Source of the DNA: Tubulanus polymorphus | Lineage: Eukaryota > Animalia > Nemertea | DNA: 64,000 nucleotides | Direction of reading: 5' to 3' | Assembly: GCF_964204645.1 (NCBI RefSeq) | Contig: NC_134026.1 | Span: forward strand, 28,554,150 to 28,618,149 | Shown here: positions 1 through 13,476 of the stretch, in pieces | Numbering within the stretch: the stretch's first letter is position 1 | Layout of the letters: every line of letters begins with the position of its first letter | The notes under the pieces: model-generated | What the model saw: the letters and a program-made list of their open reading frames with translations, nothing else | Databases searched by the model: none | Told to the model about the DNA's origin: nothing | Program-made: the position numbers and the translations under genes

Positions 1-2076
1 ATACTCAATAACATCGCCTTGCACAGGTTTTTGAATTCGGGGTCAGCATCGGCGAACAGCGGTAGTAACGGCGATCCCTCGGTAGGTTCACTAAATGAAA
101 ATAACCAAACCAAAATAACGACTGAAAGCTTTTCTGCTTCATTTCCAAATTTTCATTTGCAACGAAATGTACCTATCATCTGCGGGCGAATGGCATTTTT
201 CATCATCCTGCTGCTTAAACTTACTGTTAGAGTGCGATACGGATAAAAGGGTTATTTCAGTTTCATTACGCGCCACATCTGCTGAAAAAGGTTCTTTAGA
301 ACATGTTTTATAAGAACATTGAATCGATCACTCATAGATCTAATGAATGACAGATATTGATGAAAGGAGGAAAATTCATTGCATAAATTTCAGTAAGTTC
401 TCAAATCAATAGATGTTTATTTACCATCCTGGTGATCAATTGAAGACTTTCGACCATTTTTACTCTTTGAATGTTTCATTTGTTCTAGTACTGCAATAAC
501 TATTGACACCATCATCGGTGTAGTTGCGGTATTACTGATCCACATTGATAAAAACCAAGTTGGAATCATAAAACCTAACATCAACCTATTAATTAGATAT
601 GATATACGTGTATATAGTAAACGTATGAGCTTTCGCTACTAGTGTTAGATATCTTCATCGATAAAATGAGTGATATAGATTCAGTAAATGCATATCAGGA
701 GGGTTTATTTCAACAGAATCACCAATACGATCGTTGAACGAGACTTTTCTCTATAGACGTTTTATGAATTGTATATCTATAAGAAACGATCGGCCAACAA
801 CTCACCACTTCGGTTTTGTACCAAATATCATCAGTACTCGAAGGGCAATTCGTTTGTGCAGGTTCCATTTTTCGACAGCGACAGCTACCATCAAACCTCC
901 CATAAACAACAAACAAGTATCCTAAAATCAAATACAATTATTCTATGATGTTCTGGTTTAGATCATTATTTACTTAATATGATCGAGGACTAGTATTTTG
1001 TGTGACGGATTAGGTATTCTATAGTCTGTCGAGTTTTTTTTCGATGCAGTAGATGTACTTTTTATGAAATTAATAGTCAAATTGCAGTCCTAGATTTTAG
1101 AGACCTCGCTAATAGTATTTTTTCAATCTGTAACAATCAGTGACAAGTACATTACCTTCATATAGTTTGGACATATATCCTTTGATTTCATTAGTCCCAG
1201 GGTTGGACATAGAAATACTGGAATCAAGGCAGTAACTCCTAGTGGTAGGGCTTCCGTCACCCAGTACACGGCCATCAACAACATCAAATAAGCACATTTT
1301 GACACCTAATAAATTCGAATTATAATCCATTTTATATAAGGATTAAACCATATTTGAATGTTCCTTTCCTTCTTCCATATAGACTTACGACTGGCCCTTA
1401 CATCAAAGTGTGTCCTCAGAATCTTTGGAAAGGTCAATAAAGGAAAGTTTCTGTCGCACGGGATAAGAATGCAAATAACTACTATCAAAACGATGTAACA
1501 GATAAACCAGACTCTCAACCGTATAATTTCGTATAATAACAGCCGTAAGTCGGTATAACACTCTATATTTATAAAGACCCTGGGAATTACGATCGACATG
1601 TAGAAAAAGAAGTAAGAGGAGACCTACGCATCACTATCACAGGCTGAATACAACTTCAGACTATATAACTGAAAACAATGCTTCTACAACGGAATTAAAG
1701 ATTTTATTACGACAAAGTCATAATTTTCTCTATGCACGCACGACAGAGCACTAAATCTCATTTCATGGGATAAGTATGAATCAGTCGCCAGAATGAATTG
1801 TCAAGAGTTATTGGCGTATCTTTCGACAGTTCGCATGTTTATTATGCTGAGCGTCATGACGGAAACCCATAACTAATTACGGAAAATAAAATCTTATAAA
1901 AATTGATCATTTGAATGATATTTGGTAAGAGATATTCAAACATGCAATCCCCACGAAAGTCGGAGGGTCATACGTACCGAAGACGGTTGCAATATCGGAA
2001 TCGGAAGCAATAGCAGAGGTGCCAAGATTAACACGTATAATTTCCACCAATTGAAAATCCGCTTAACGAGAATCAT
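1..2076 (-). CDS. SLC13-family Na+/dicarboxylate (citrate) cotransporter, paralog A; 5' part only, continues beyond the left edge
   Basis: Exons 2076-1978, 1305-1156, 921-806, 585-425, 281-173, 90-<1, all GT-AG and in frame. Motifs [72 protein letters not shown]. Exons 2 and 3 (150 and 116 nt) have the same lengths as in the + strand paralog. Confidence 0.95.
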
Positions 2077-4322
2077 CTTCCTTCCCACTGCGGAATAAAT
2101 AAACTTATATATAATGTAGATATGCTAAAAAATCAGATATAATCGAATGCACGAAAATCCACGTTTCAGATCACATGTATATATATACATGTAACTCCTG
2201 GCCGCTGAAGACTACGAATGCGATGGATGGCCTTGATCTCTTTGTGATAGTTCATACAAAAAGTAGAACACCGAAATAAAGGCCTCTTACTGTTTACTAG
2301 GTTGACTATGATGCAAAAGTGACGGATAAAAAGTAAATAGAGCCTCCGCTCATCGCCTGATATTCCGAAGTCATATAAAAATAGGTCATAGCCAGCAGGT
2401 GTTTGCGACGTGGGATTCGCATAATTTTTATACGACGGAAAGTTCGGAACCTTGGTTTTACGTATGATAATATTTTGCTTAGGATGAGTAACATAATTAA
2501 CCCACATCATCATAGAATACTTACCGAGACCTGGATACAAACGTTAATGTAATAGTAGAAAACGGCTGAAGATCTTTGCAATCATGTATGTCCTTGGGCC
2601 GAAATTCTAAATTGTTGTCAACTATCGCAGTCACCATTTTAAAACTGTATTTTCTATGTCATATATTATAAGATAAAAGCTTATCAGCGACCGATTGACA
2701 ATTCACAACAGATAAACCTAATTCAATTGTAATATTTTCAAGAAAATGTTGAGCCAAATAACATGAAATAAATGACTAGTATTTATATTAGATATTCGTA
2801 GAATATCTGTATATGATATAATATTCATTATGCTAAAAATCTGTTACTTCACGACAAATCATTATAAAACGATAATGAATAAATCATATATTCAAAACAA
2901 GAACGTTTTTACTTGCTAATTATTGTTCTTTCATTATAAATGTCCCATATTTGGCACTGACGGACGTACATTGTTTGTTAATTCGGTTAGAAATCCAGTC
3001 ACATAGAAGGTAAATGGTGGCATCTATAATGTAAGATAATGTTAAGAAGTTAAATTCTTTGATATTCTTGGATTAACGACTCAAAATTCCTGACACTTTC
3101 AACAGGTAACCACCATATATTCTGTTGAACATGGACTCCATTTTTATTCCATGTGCGAATACTACTGATTCGTTTCAGCATATTTTTCTGAAAGGTTCAG
3201 TAGCTGTAAACATGCAGATATATATTTAGATATTTTTGCAGTGGTATATTGCTATTTCTGATATTGATTCATTGAGATATCAATTCCTGATGTTGAAATA
3301 AAACATCTGCACGTATATAAACATATGTCTATTCCGTGTGCTGTGTTCATACTTTCATTATGCATATATTCTCATTGATCGTATATATAACAAATCATGG
3401 CCCAAATCATGAATTCCGTATTTCATGAAATGTTGTAACTATGAATTATTATGCCAATTCGTTACGTAAAGATTGGACACAGCAGCACAAATAATAATGA
3501 ATTATTTGATGATGACGACGATGATGGTGAAGATAAATCATTGCACTTATGGAGCAAAGAATGGTGAGATATTACGAGACCGTAGATCCAGTTTCTTAGA
3601 CGAACCCTCTCCGTCTATTTTGGTTAAAACGTTTCAAGAATGTGAGCAAATTTGAGATACAAGTTGAGATACATTAAAACAACAATAACGATTTTTCTTG
3701 TTATCAGCCGCGATTTGATAGCAAACAATCGTTTCATTTTGATATCAATCAAGGGGCGAAGATAGTCTAATTACTTTTCTAAGGAAAGTGTTTACAGATA
3801 AGACACACTCGAAAGTGTAGATACTTCTTTCAGATATACTTCTTTTACAGCCCAGACATCGATAGGATTTTAGAAAATTCTACTACAACCTTTTGTTTTT
3901 GTTCTTACTATGACCTTCATAGATAGCTGGAATTTGAACTGTCAAGAGATTTAACGTATTTCACGTTAAACGGGTCAATGATAATCAAGTATCTCAATGC
4001 CTATCTAAATCAAAATATGGACGTATGAAATTCAGTTTTGTCTTTGTGAATATATTCCGAGTATTCAGGTAAGAATCCCTTTGTTTCATTGGAACAAATT
4101 ACCATGACATTTCCTAGACCATATTATGGAGAAACGGTAAAGATTCAATAGTATTATGACAGAAGTAATTAAAGGACTAAGGCATTTTCGAAAAATCACC
4201 TTAAGTTCACCACGAAATCCCCCCCCCCCCAACTGATATAGTTTGTTAGGTTTCATGAAATATATCGTTCTCAGCTTCTATCCAAATGTTGTAGTTCTAT
4301 TTCATTTTCATTTTATCACAGG

Positions 4323-4683
4323 ATGCGACAAGAACTGAAGTTTGTTTTAATTTGGTGGCGATATCTTGTGTTACTTGTGACTCCTATAGTTTTACTACCA
4401 CTGCCAATTTTTCTTAATTCCTCGGTAAGTAAGAAATGTAGCCGTAAGTTATAATGGGCCTTTGTGCGCGATGGGAATTTTCGAAACATTCACAGGGGCT
4501 AGAAAACGGTGCTGTCTTTTTAGAAAGATAAATATCGTACTCGATGTTCTATTAAGAATAGAATTATCTCAAATAACAACATGATAATTTACATTATCTC
4601 ATTGCAGTCTAGCGGCCCACCAGAAGTGATTATGTTTTTAATGTTTGTTTTCGTAACTGTTAAAAAATTTGATACATTTTTAT

Positions 4684-4751
<68 letters not shown>

Positions 4752-7700
4752 TTAATCTAAGGGTGAAGTACAATCAGATCTCGGGGAATTTTAAGAGTCA
4801 ATCCAAAGGACTAACCACTAAGAATTTGAAGGAAGTCTACTGATTTTAATTCGCCATTCGCAAATAACCCGTCAATGTACTAGTGAAATCTTTTTCATTC
4901 CGATTTATCAACACCAAATCTACACTCTTAACATACGGCGCAACCATTATTCTACGATTTCAGGAGTCAAGATGCGCGTACATGATGATTCTGATGGCTA
5001 TTTATTGGGTGACAGAAGCTCTTCCTCTCGGTGTTACTGCACTCATACCTGTCGTACTCGCACCTGCACTAGGAATAATGCAGTCGAAGATAATTTGCCC
5101 GTATTATTTCAAGGTAAATATTTGCGAGGAAATCCATCTGGCCATGAAATAAATGGCTATGACCTTTTATCCGAGTCGCAAGGACATGCAAATCTTCAGC
5201 GAGATATTCCGGGGTATCATTTCAAAAATTAGGGGAGCTCGTAATGGATAATTCAATAGATGCATGATAGGTGATACCCATGCCATGTTTCAACGTGCAA
5301 ATTCGAGGTTCTTTCACGTCTGTGTGCCGTGGCCCAGTGGACGGCAAGCCGAACTGAGCGAGCGAACCAACCAACATACATCGACGCGAATATGCGCATG
5401 GATCAACTGGCATTTTTCGAATAAGTTCACCTTTATGTGTCCTTACATTTACTGATTCTACACAAGGTTTACACCATTCTGAACTACTGAATGTTTTAAT
5501 GCATGTGTTCTGATTTGCGTAACAATACCTAATTCCCCGGAAAACGTCACTAACAAGTGACTGATGAAACCTATGTAAGGATCCTTAGCGCTTTGTTCGT
5601 AAGCCTACTCACTATCTTACATTTTAGTCAGTTAATATGTTGTTTATCGGTGGCCTGATAATGGCGGTTTGCATAGAGAAATGGAAGTTGCACAAACGGA
5701 TTGCATTGAGGGTGTTACTTCTGGTCGGTACCTCGGCGAGATGGTAAGCTCGAATAATTTGATTGATATGATTGTATAAGCCTAATTATGAAATGAATCC
5801 ATTGTTGAGTTGAGGTGAGTTGAGTGTTTGTGCATTTTGTTTTCGTTAAGGTTGATGTTAGGTTTCATGTTACCGACTTGGTTTTTATCTATGTGGATAA
5901 GCAATACTGCAACTACAGCCATGATGTCCCCGATGGCCTATGCCGTACTCGAACAAATGCAAAAAACGAAACTGCAACTTGCAACGAAGAGAAAACCCTG
6001 TAGTAGCATCAAAGGTGATCTAAAAATGAAACATTTCAATTAAACTGCATCGCTGACTTCAAATCCAAAATGTCACGATAGATGCGAAAAAAAGAAAAAT
6101 AATATCCTTCATCGAAGTCTTCAAGCCTCTTTCATGACGTTTATACTTCCCTTTTGCAGAAACAGATATCGATGTATGTGATGATGATAAAAATCCCACT
6201 GAAAGAGCGTACGTGCACAAACACTTCGAAATATATATTCATTCATAATCGTTAGTAATGAATCGATGTATTTTCAGTAAAAACGAATCGGATGAGCCTC
6301 CATCAGATTTCGATCAGGTTGATATGAATGACATCAAAGACCCAGAAATGGAACGACTTTACAAATCTATGTTACTGTCGATCGCATACGCTGCGAATAC
6401 TGGTGGTATAGCAACATTAACTGGAACTGGTCCGAATCTTGTTTTGAAAGGACAGTTAGACCAGTAAGTTCTATCGTCAAGGGGTTATACAAATCAAAAT
6501 TCGCGGAATTTGTTGTTTTGCAAATCATTATATTTTTTTCAGATTATTTGACGGCGATTCCGGGATAACATTCGCTTCATGGATGGCTTTCTGTTTACCC
6601 ATCTCGGTTCTCATGTTTACGTTTTGTTGGTTGTGGCTTCAGGTTTTGTTTATGGGATTCAAACGGTAGGATGGTCTGATTGATAAGTTGATTATAACTT
6701 TTTTTCATATCAAAAGTTGAGTATGATATTAATGTAAAAGAGATTATTGACGTAATGTTTATATATATCCAGTACCTTCACAGGTTTCTGTGACCCCAGA
6801 CATTCGGACCCAGCAGTCCATGGCATTGTACAAAGAGAATACGATGAACTCGGTTCAATGACGTAAGTAAACGACAGCATAAAATACTTAAAAGAAGTTA
6901 TCGATAGATTCGTATGAGACTTTATGAATCAATGTATTTCTGTACCATTTTAGGTGGCCTCAAATTGCAAGTTTGGCAATGTTCACATTTCTAGCGATTT
7001 TGTGGTTCACGCGAAGTCCAGAATTCTACACTGGATGGGGAGATATGTTTCCGGAAGGGTCTGTATGAAATAATCTAATAAATTAGAACCCAATTCAATA
7101 TCATTACGCCCATTTCTTACGGATATCGTTCTATTTTGCATTTGTAGTTACGTTGATGACGCAACTGCAGCTATTTTTGTAGCTGTGTTACTGTTCTGCG
7201 TACCGGCATTTCTTCCATGCACCAGTGAGTACAGTTTCATAATCAAATTCATTATCGGCTTCATCGGAGGTAACTGATTAAACAATGAATCGCAACGCAT
7301 TCCATCTGTTTTCAGAAGGTAAAGGTTCATCTCCACCACAACCATTGTTAGACTGGGAAACTGTATCTCTACGATTACCTTGGGATATAGTTCTACTACT
7401 GGGTGGAGGTTTTGCCTTAGCAGCAGCATCACAGGTACGTCAAAGATCAAAATTGAGCATTGCGCATTTCTCAATGAAAATATACTTAATCAAAAGTAGT
7501 AACAACTTTGTCTTGTTCTGTACAGAAATCGGGATTATCAGAATTGATAGGAAGAAGATTATCAGGACTAGGTGCTCTCCCACCTTGGTTTATCGTATTA
7601 GTCATATGTGCTTTAATTGCAACATTAACTGAAATCACCAGTAATACAGCAACTGCCACTCTAATGATGCCAATACTTTCCGATCTGGTACGTTCTGATA

Positions 7701-8155
7701 TTTCTAGTACCGGGTATGTCAACGATGATGAACATTTGCACAATTGATGGACACGTTTCAATCATTGTATTTTAGGCAATATTTGTGAATGTGCATCCTA
7801 TCTATCTAATGTTTCCTGCAGCCGTTTCGGCTTCATTTGCCTTCATGTTACCCGTTGCTACACCACCAAACGCGATTGTCTTTTCGTCGGGACATCTACG
7901 GATCAAAGATATGGTCTGTTAATATCGTATCTTTTCAAATCATCGGTTTAGTCGCGGTAGATATATGAATGTCTTTATACGCTTTCATTTCAGGCCAAAG
8001 CCGGATTTTTAATGAATCTAGCAGCAATTATATGTGTGACACTGGCTGTTAACACGTGGGGATATCAGTATTTCGATTTAGGCACATTACCGCCATGGAT
8101 GCTGAAAAATGTAACTGAAGTAAGCTCAACAGTAACAACTTCAACAACGATTTAA
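4323..8155 (+). CDS. SLC13-family Na+/dicarboxylate (citrate) cotransporter, paralog B (SLC13A2/A5/Indy-like), about 580 aa, complete
   Basis: 14 exons: 4323-4424, 4964-5113, 5628-5743, 5851-6014, 6160-6208, 6278-6463, 6543-6665, 6773-6862, 6954-7058, 7148-7224, 7316-7434, 7526-7687, 7776-7913, 7994-8155 (1743 nt, open). Motifs [81 protein letters not shown] 5' UTR exon probably ends at 4068. Confidence 0.96.
4688..4749. repeat. (TA)n microsatellite
   Basis: About 30 consecutive TA units in intron 1 of SLC13 paralog B. Confidence 0.95.
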
Positions 8156-9557
8156 AACAACGCGAATATTTCACAAGATGAAGACGTCTGATATGATGTA
8201 TATTCCGTCCTCGGCTGATAGAATTGACCACGGCGGGTCCAGTAAAAACGTATTTTGTAAATACTTGAATAAAGAACATAACATTATCATTGTATCATTA
8301 TTCGAACTCCAACCCAGATATTTCCTCGCGTAAGAAAAAATGTATGTACTTAAACATTTCACCACGTCATATTCGGGAATCCGTATAAAGCTGTTTGAAA
8401 TGAAAGTAAATTCATTACTCGCTTGCCGAAGTAGGAATCTCGATCTGCGTAAAATCTTTATCGTTAGGTGGTGCCCCTATACGCATCGTTGACGGTGAAT
8501 AGAAGAACTAATTTATTATTCGCATGCCGCAGTAGGATTATTGTGAATCGAGTTAGTTTACACGTTTTCCGCTTATGATATACATAGAGGCAGCACTTGA
8601 CGGTCTAAATTTTAATCGCGCATTAGGCCATGAATTGCAAAAATGTCACAATTTATTTAGTTTTGTTGGCAAGTGAACAAGGGAATTTCTGTTATTTTCT
8701 ACTAATTGAATGAAATAAATCATTTCTGAAAAAGATACATACAAGCCATAGAACCACAGAACAACAGCACTCATATGAAACTTATAATTAAATCTCAAAA
8801 CAACATCACCGCACTTTGATTCTGCATTTTCAAAGCAACATTGGACAAATCATCGACATTGATAAAGATTTATCCAGAAAAATAACTCTTACTGAAGTTT
8901 TTCCATCTTTTAAACATATTAAATCACTGGACCGAAGACTAATCCTACCTGAAAGAATGCTGTAATCAGCCTACGTAATTACCGGCACTAGTGTTCGAAA
9001 TTAGCCCAACTTGGCCAGTTAAAACAACCTAAACTAATTCATCCCTAATAACCCTTAGTTTGCCACTTAGAAGTAAACATAAAGCAAGGGAGTTTTATGA
9101 GATGTTTTTAGTATTTTTAACGACACCACGGATGTTACGAGCACGCAACGAGAAAACGAATTTTGAAATAGAACTAAGGTAAATATACATTTTTCCTTTG
9201 AAATGTAGCTAGGCTCACCTTCGTTCATTCAATGCATTAAATGTTTCCGAAAGACAGATAGTCGTAGAGGTCAACAGTACGAGCTACTAGAATAAAAATA
9301 CAAGTATATATGATATGCTTCATATGATATAGTAGCTTTATCTAAGATGGAATCAGCTGTCTTCGCGTTTATTTGACTCATGGTTAACACGGCTATCCCT
9401 TCAAAACATAATTATATACTATTAGTTTAATTTCATGTCTTCACGAAGTATTTGACATGGCTTATCGTAACGGATCGTAACGTATGAGTTTCAATTTCAT
9501 TTTTTTCTTATAGAATTTTCATATTCTTTTTTATTAATAGGTGGCATCTTCGTCAGA

Positions 9558-10154
9558 ATGAGCTCAACCGACAAGATGTCCAAGCGGGAAATCAGAGATA
9601 TGATAAGTATGGGTAAACGGACTCGGATACATCGATCACTGTCTTCGCGAAAAGCGACTAGCAATCGTTTCGAATTTAGTCCAGATTTCGAAGACGTTGA
9701 GATAAATACAACTCATAAAAAACGTCCGATCACAATTGAACTGTCTTCAGATTCAGAGGCCGCGGAGCAGTCCGATTCAGAGCGGTCTGTACACGGACCA
9801 TCCCTAAAAAGACGACGTTTAATGCGCAAGAAAAGTGAATTAGATAAACTTTACAAAAAACCTGAAAAACAATGCAGCTGTTGTTTCCAGAATATCCGCC
9901 AGCGCGTGACGATAGACGGCGGACACTCAAAGGTTCACAACAAAATCATAGCGGTCACAAATACGGATAATTCTACAAACAGCGACGATGATTTCGGAAT
10001 CGAATCTTGTAACGAACAAGAACGAGAAGATTTTTTCAATGGATCTTCTATAAACACAAGCAATTTGTCAGATGTATTCAAATCAGAAATTAGCGACTGT
10101 AATGATACGGTGGATAGTATGGATTGTAAATCGAGTGACAACTTGATGGACTAA
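9558..10154 (+). CDS. Uncharacterised 198-aa low-complexity, probably nuclear protein (single coding exon)
   Basis: Long ORF starting just after a clean acceptor (ttttttattaatag|9541), with an upstream donor at 9178|gtaaat and AATAAA at 10240. Basic clusters (KKRP, KRRRLMRKK) and acidic/Ser tracts. No family recognised. Confidence 0.65.
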   Translation: MSSTDKMSKREIRDMISMGKRTRIHRSLSSRKATSNRFEFSPDFEDVEINTTHKKRPITIELSSDSEAAEQSDSERSVHGPSLKRRRLMRKKSELDKLYKKPEKQCSCCFQNIRQRVTIDGGHSKVHNKIIAVTNTDNSTNSDDDFGIESCNEQEREDFFNGSSINTSNLSDVFKSEISDCNDTVDSMDCKSSDNLMD

Positions 10155-13100
10155 ATTACTCATTGTTGGATAATGGGTTTAGACTTCAATTGTCATTATA
10201 TGCTTTAACCTCTGTGATATCATAATCGAGAATCAGCAGAATAAAATGAAGAGACACTTTTTTAATAGGAAAACAGAATTTTTACTTATCCGTTTGACTC
10301 AGTTGCACAATAGTTTCACATCATTTTTACACACGATTTCAAGGGATAACAGAAGCAGTTTTAATAGAACACTGCTGGCTACTCTGGCTGACATTAGTAT
10401 TTCAGATGAAGCTGATGATTATCTAGACAATTATACCATACAATCAGTATTATTACCTGTAGTTTATGTTTTTGTACATAATTATATTTTCTTATGAAAA
10501 TGTAATGAATGCAATTTATATGAACGTTTCCAAGCTCTGCCATATAAATATATACATATATATATAGAAAGCTTTATCGATGAATCTGCATTCAAATTAT
10601 TACTTAAGACTAAATTCGAGTTGATTTGCATAAAGCGTCTTTATCTTGAAAAAAATGATAATTCTGATGTAACTGGGTATGACACAGGTCTGAGTACCGG
10701 TAGTACTGGTAAGCAAGTCTTATTTACATTAGGATTAAGCTTATAACAATAACAGAGGATGCTGTAATAACATTGTTTTATGTACATAAACTTTTAATAC
10801 ATACGTCATAATATTGATCATATAAATAACGAATATCAATAATTAATAATCAATTATGATTTCAATAAATAAGAACATGATTAGTATCAATAATTGTTGA
10901 AGCTTTTAACACTGGATAATGACTACCTAATCAATAATACATGTACACCACTTCATACACCAGTATTATAGAATTGGAATATTACCTGTCAAATTGTTTA
11001 CTATCCATTTCACCATTCATCACGTACCGGTTATTTCAAAATGTTAATGCCCAATTTCAAGACAACGACAGGTTTTATCCAATTCTTCTCGGATTATTCA
11101 TTAACAATTCCTAATGCTATAAACTTAACAGTCAAAAGCACCAACATATACAATCACATTTCCAAAGACGTTTTACGAGTAATGTAGGAAAATAAAACTG
11201 ATTTATAATTATAGCTCATTTTCATGAGATAAATATACATATTTCTAGATCTACTTTTGTACAATTTTTCCAAGCATATTTCTTGCAAAACTAGTTTAAG
11301 ACTTAATTCATCATACAGTTATATATCATATATTTCTTTTAGGCATTATAACCATGAGACGCACGATATCGAATAAAATATACGTTTTATACGCCAAAAA
11401 TTGAGGTTTCCACGCAGAGTTTCAGATAAACATTTTTTTGCGATTTTACAGATGGAGATCACATTACGATAACGATAAAAGTTTAAATGATTACTTAAGC
11501 TGACTGTGGAACCACAACGATCTGTACAATATTAATTACAATTTACATACAATGTTTATAACTTCCGTAGAAACAAATGCGTACTTGGCTCAGAGTTCAC
11601 AAATTTTCAAGTTCGCTTTGTGAAGAGGTCGAATTGTAGTTTCGGTTATTCATTAGATAGAATTGGAGGTGGAATTTCTAAATTTGAGCTCAGCCAAAAA
11701 TACTGGTACTAGCGCGAACTAAACCAACCATGCATAAAAGTTAAAAACAGTTCGCCCCATGGGGATGGAAACTCTGGACTCTTTGGTTTCCGAGAGTCAT
11801 ACCTGTTACAAGCAGTCATATGTATCTAGTGGAGATGTATTGCAGTGTAACTCCAGGTTTTAAACGAGACTTCACTAGTTATTTAGGCTGATATGGGTGA
11901 AAGCAAACAGCACCATGTCATCACGAATATACACTATACACATAAATAATACATATATAAAATACACAAGTATGATTCTAAACAGGCGATACACATTTTT
12001 CTTGTACATGTACCATCTTCACAGGCCAGATTTCAATATCAGATAAATAGTGTATTATTTACTATATTGGGAAAAGCATAAATTCGTTGGAAAAAGGCAT
12101 TTGGCCTACCAGCTCACTTTCCAAGATCTTCAAAGACAACCTTAAAGGATATAATACATCTAACATACAAGGAAATTATATTCGTACGTGTATCTGGACC
12201 TTTACAAGATGGATATTATAACAATCTCTATGGATTCCATTCTTCGTGAACGGCGTGTATCATTTAAACTATAATAATAGAAAGAAAAAATTCCTGCCTC
12301 GAGGGTCGATGCACGATTACATATATATTCATTTATAGATCATATACATATGACGATTGATTGTTGCCCACAATCGCTAAATGTATGGTATAACTACATA
12401 ACACTGAGATCACTATAAAACAATCGAATAAACAACAAATATTCAGTATACGTTAACTAAAATTTAGCCCGTTGATATTTCGGGGGATACAGGCAAGAAC
12501 AAGAAAGTAAAAAAGAATAACAAATAAACAAACTTTGTCAGCACATCATGTATCACAAAACAAGCATCGAGTCTATCTTTACATTACTTGGACAGAATGA
12601 TGGCAAATTTGAAGTTGTGATAATTCCAGAAATAAGGAAAAACTAATTGTAGATAAAAGGTAAAGAGTTCATTCTGTAGTGCAAAGACAACCCTGATACA
12701 CGTACTTATGAATATGACTAGGAATTGTCATCATTAGGCATGTTATACTCTTACTTTGTGTAATAACTTAAAAAAACAACTAATAAATGTTGCAAATGCA
12801 CTTTGTAAGGAAGAAACTTAATTTCGACTGTGGCCTTCAAAAAAACCTCACATTTTCATTACGTAGGTATATAAAATATTTACAGATATGAAACTAAAAA
12901 TATAAGTCTGCACATTCATATATACCCTGATAGTGAATTGTATTCTGGGGATATTGACTAGATGTAAGATGTCGTTGTTGAAAGCAAATACTATCATAGT
13001 GATGTTTTGATAAACTCAAATCTGTCTGTAGTTTAAAAAAAACAATCTTCGTCGAAAGCGTATAATGATACAACCCTATCTACACTTAATTCTGATATTA

Positions 13101-13476
13101 AGTTGATATGAAAAGTTAAAAACATTCATTGATTGATAACCATTACTTTTCACTTGGTTTTCGTAAGTAACAAATATTTCAATAATTTTTGTTGGCACAT
13201 CCTTCAGGAATCTAGATCACTATGAATGTCAATACACTCAAACTCTCTTATGTTGTCATCAGATAAGTTGTCGCGTTGCTTAAATCGTCACTTTTTTTAT
13301 TCCCAAATTGTATTTTGTATTCAAACTATTTTGTGTAAGTTATTACTTGGATTCAGCTGTTTGGATTAGTCATTAACATAATGATTGACCCAACTGAGAT
13401 GCCATAAGCGAGTTTGACTGCTGTAATTCAAAATTCGAAACACTGATCCATTTCGCGGGGTCCTTTAATTCTCTCA

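Noticed and set aside
5555-5590. CTGATGA as a hammerhead core or snoRNA C box (also near 15495, 36201 and 44485)
   Set aside because: No stem II plus GAAA and no convincing D box with a terminal stem.
7148-7761. Antisense ORFs over SLC13 exons (and similar ones over PITPNM and MCT)
   Set aside because: Shadow ORFs of real exons with no independent support.
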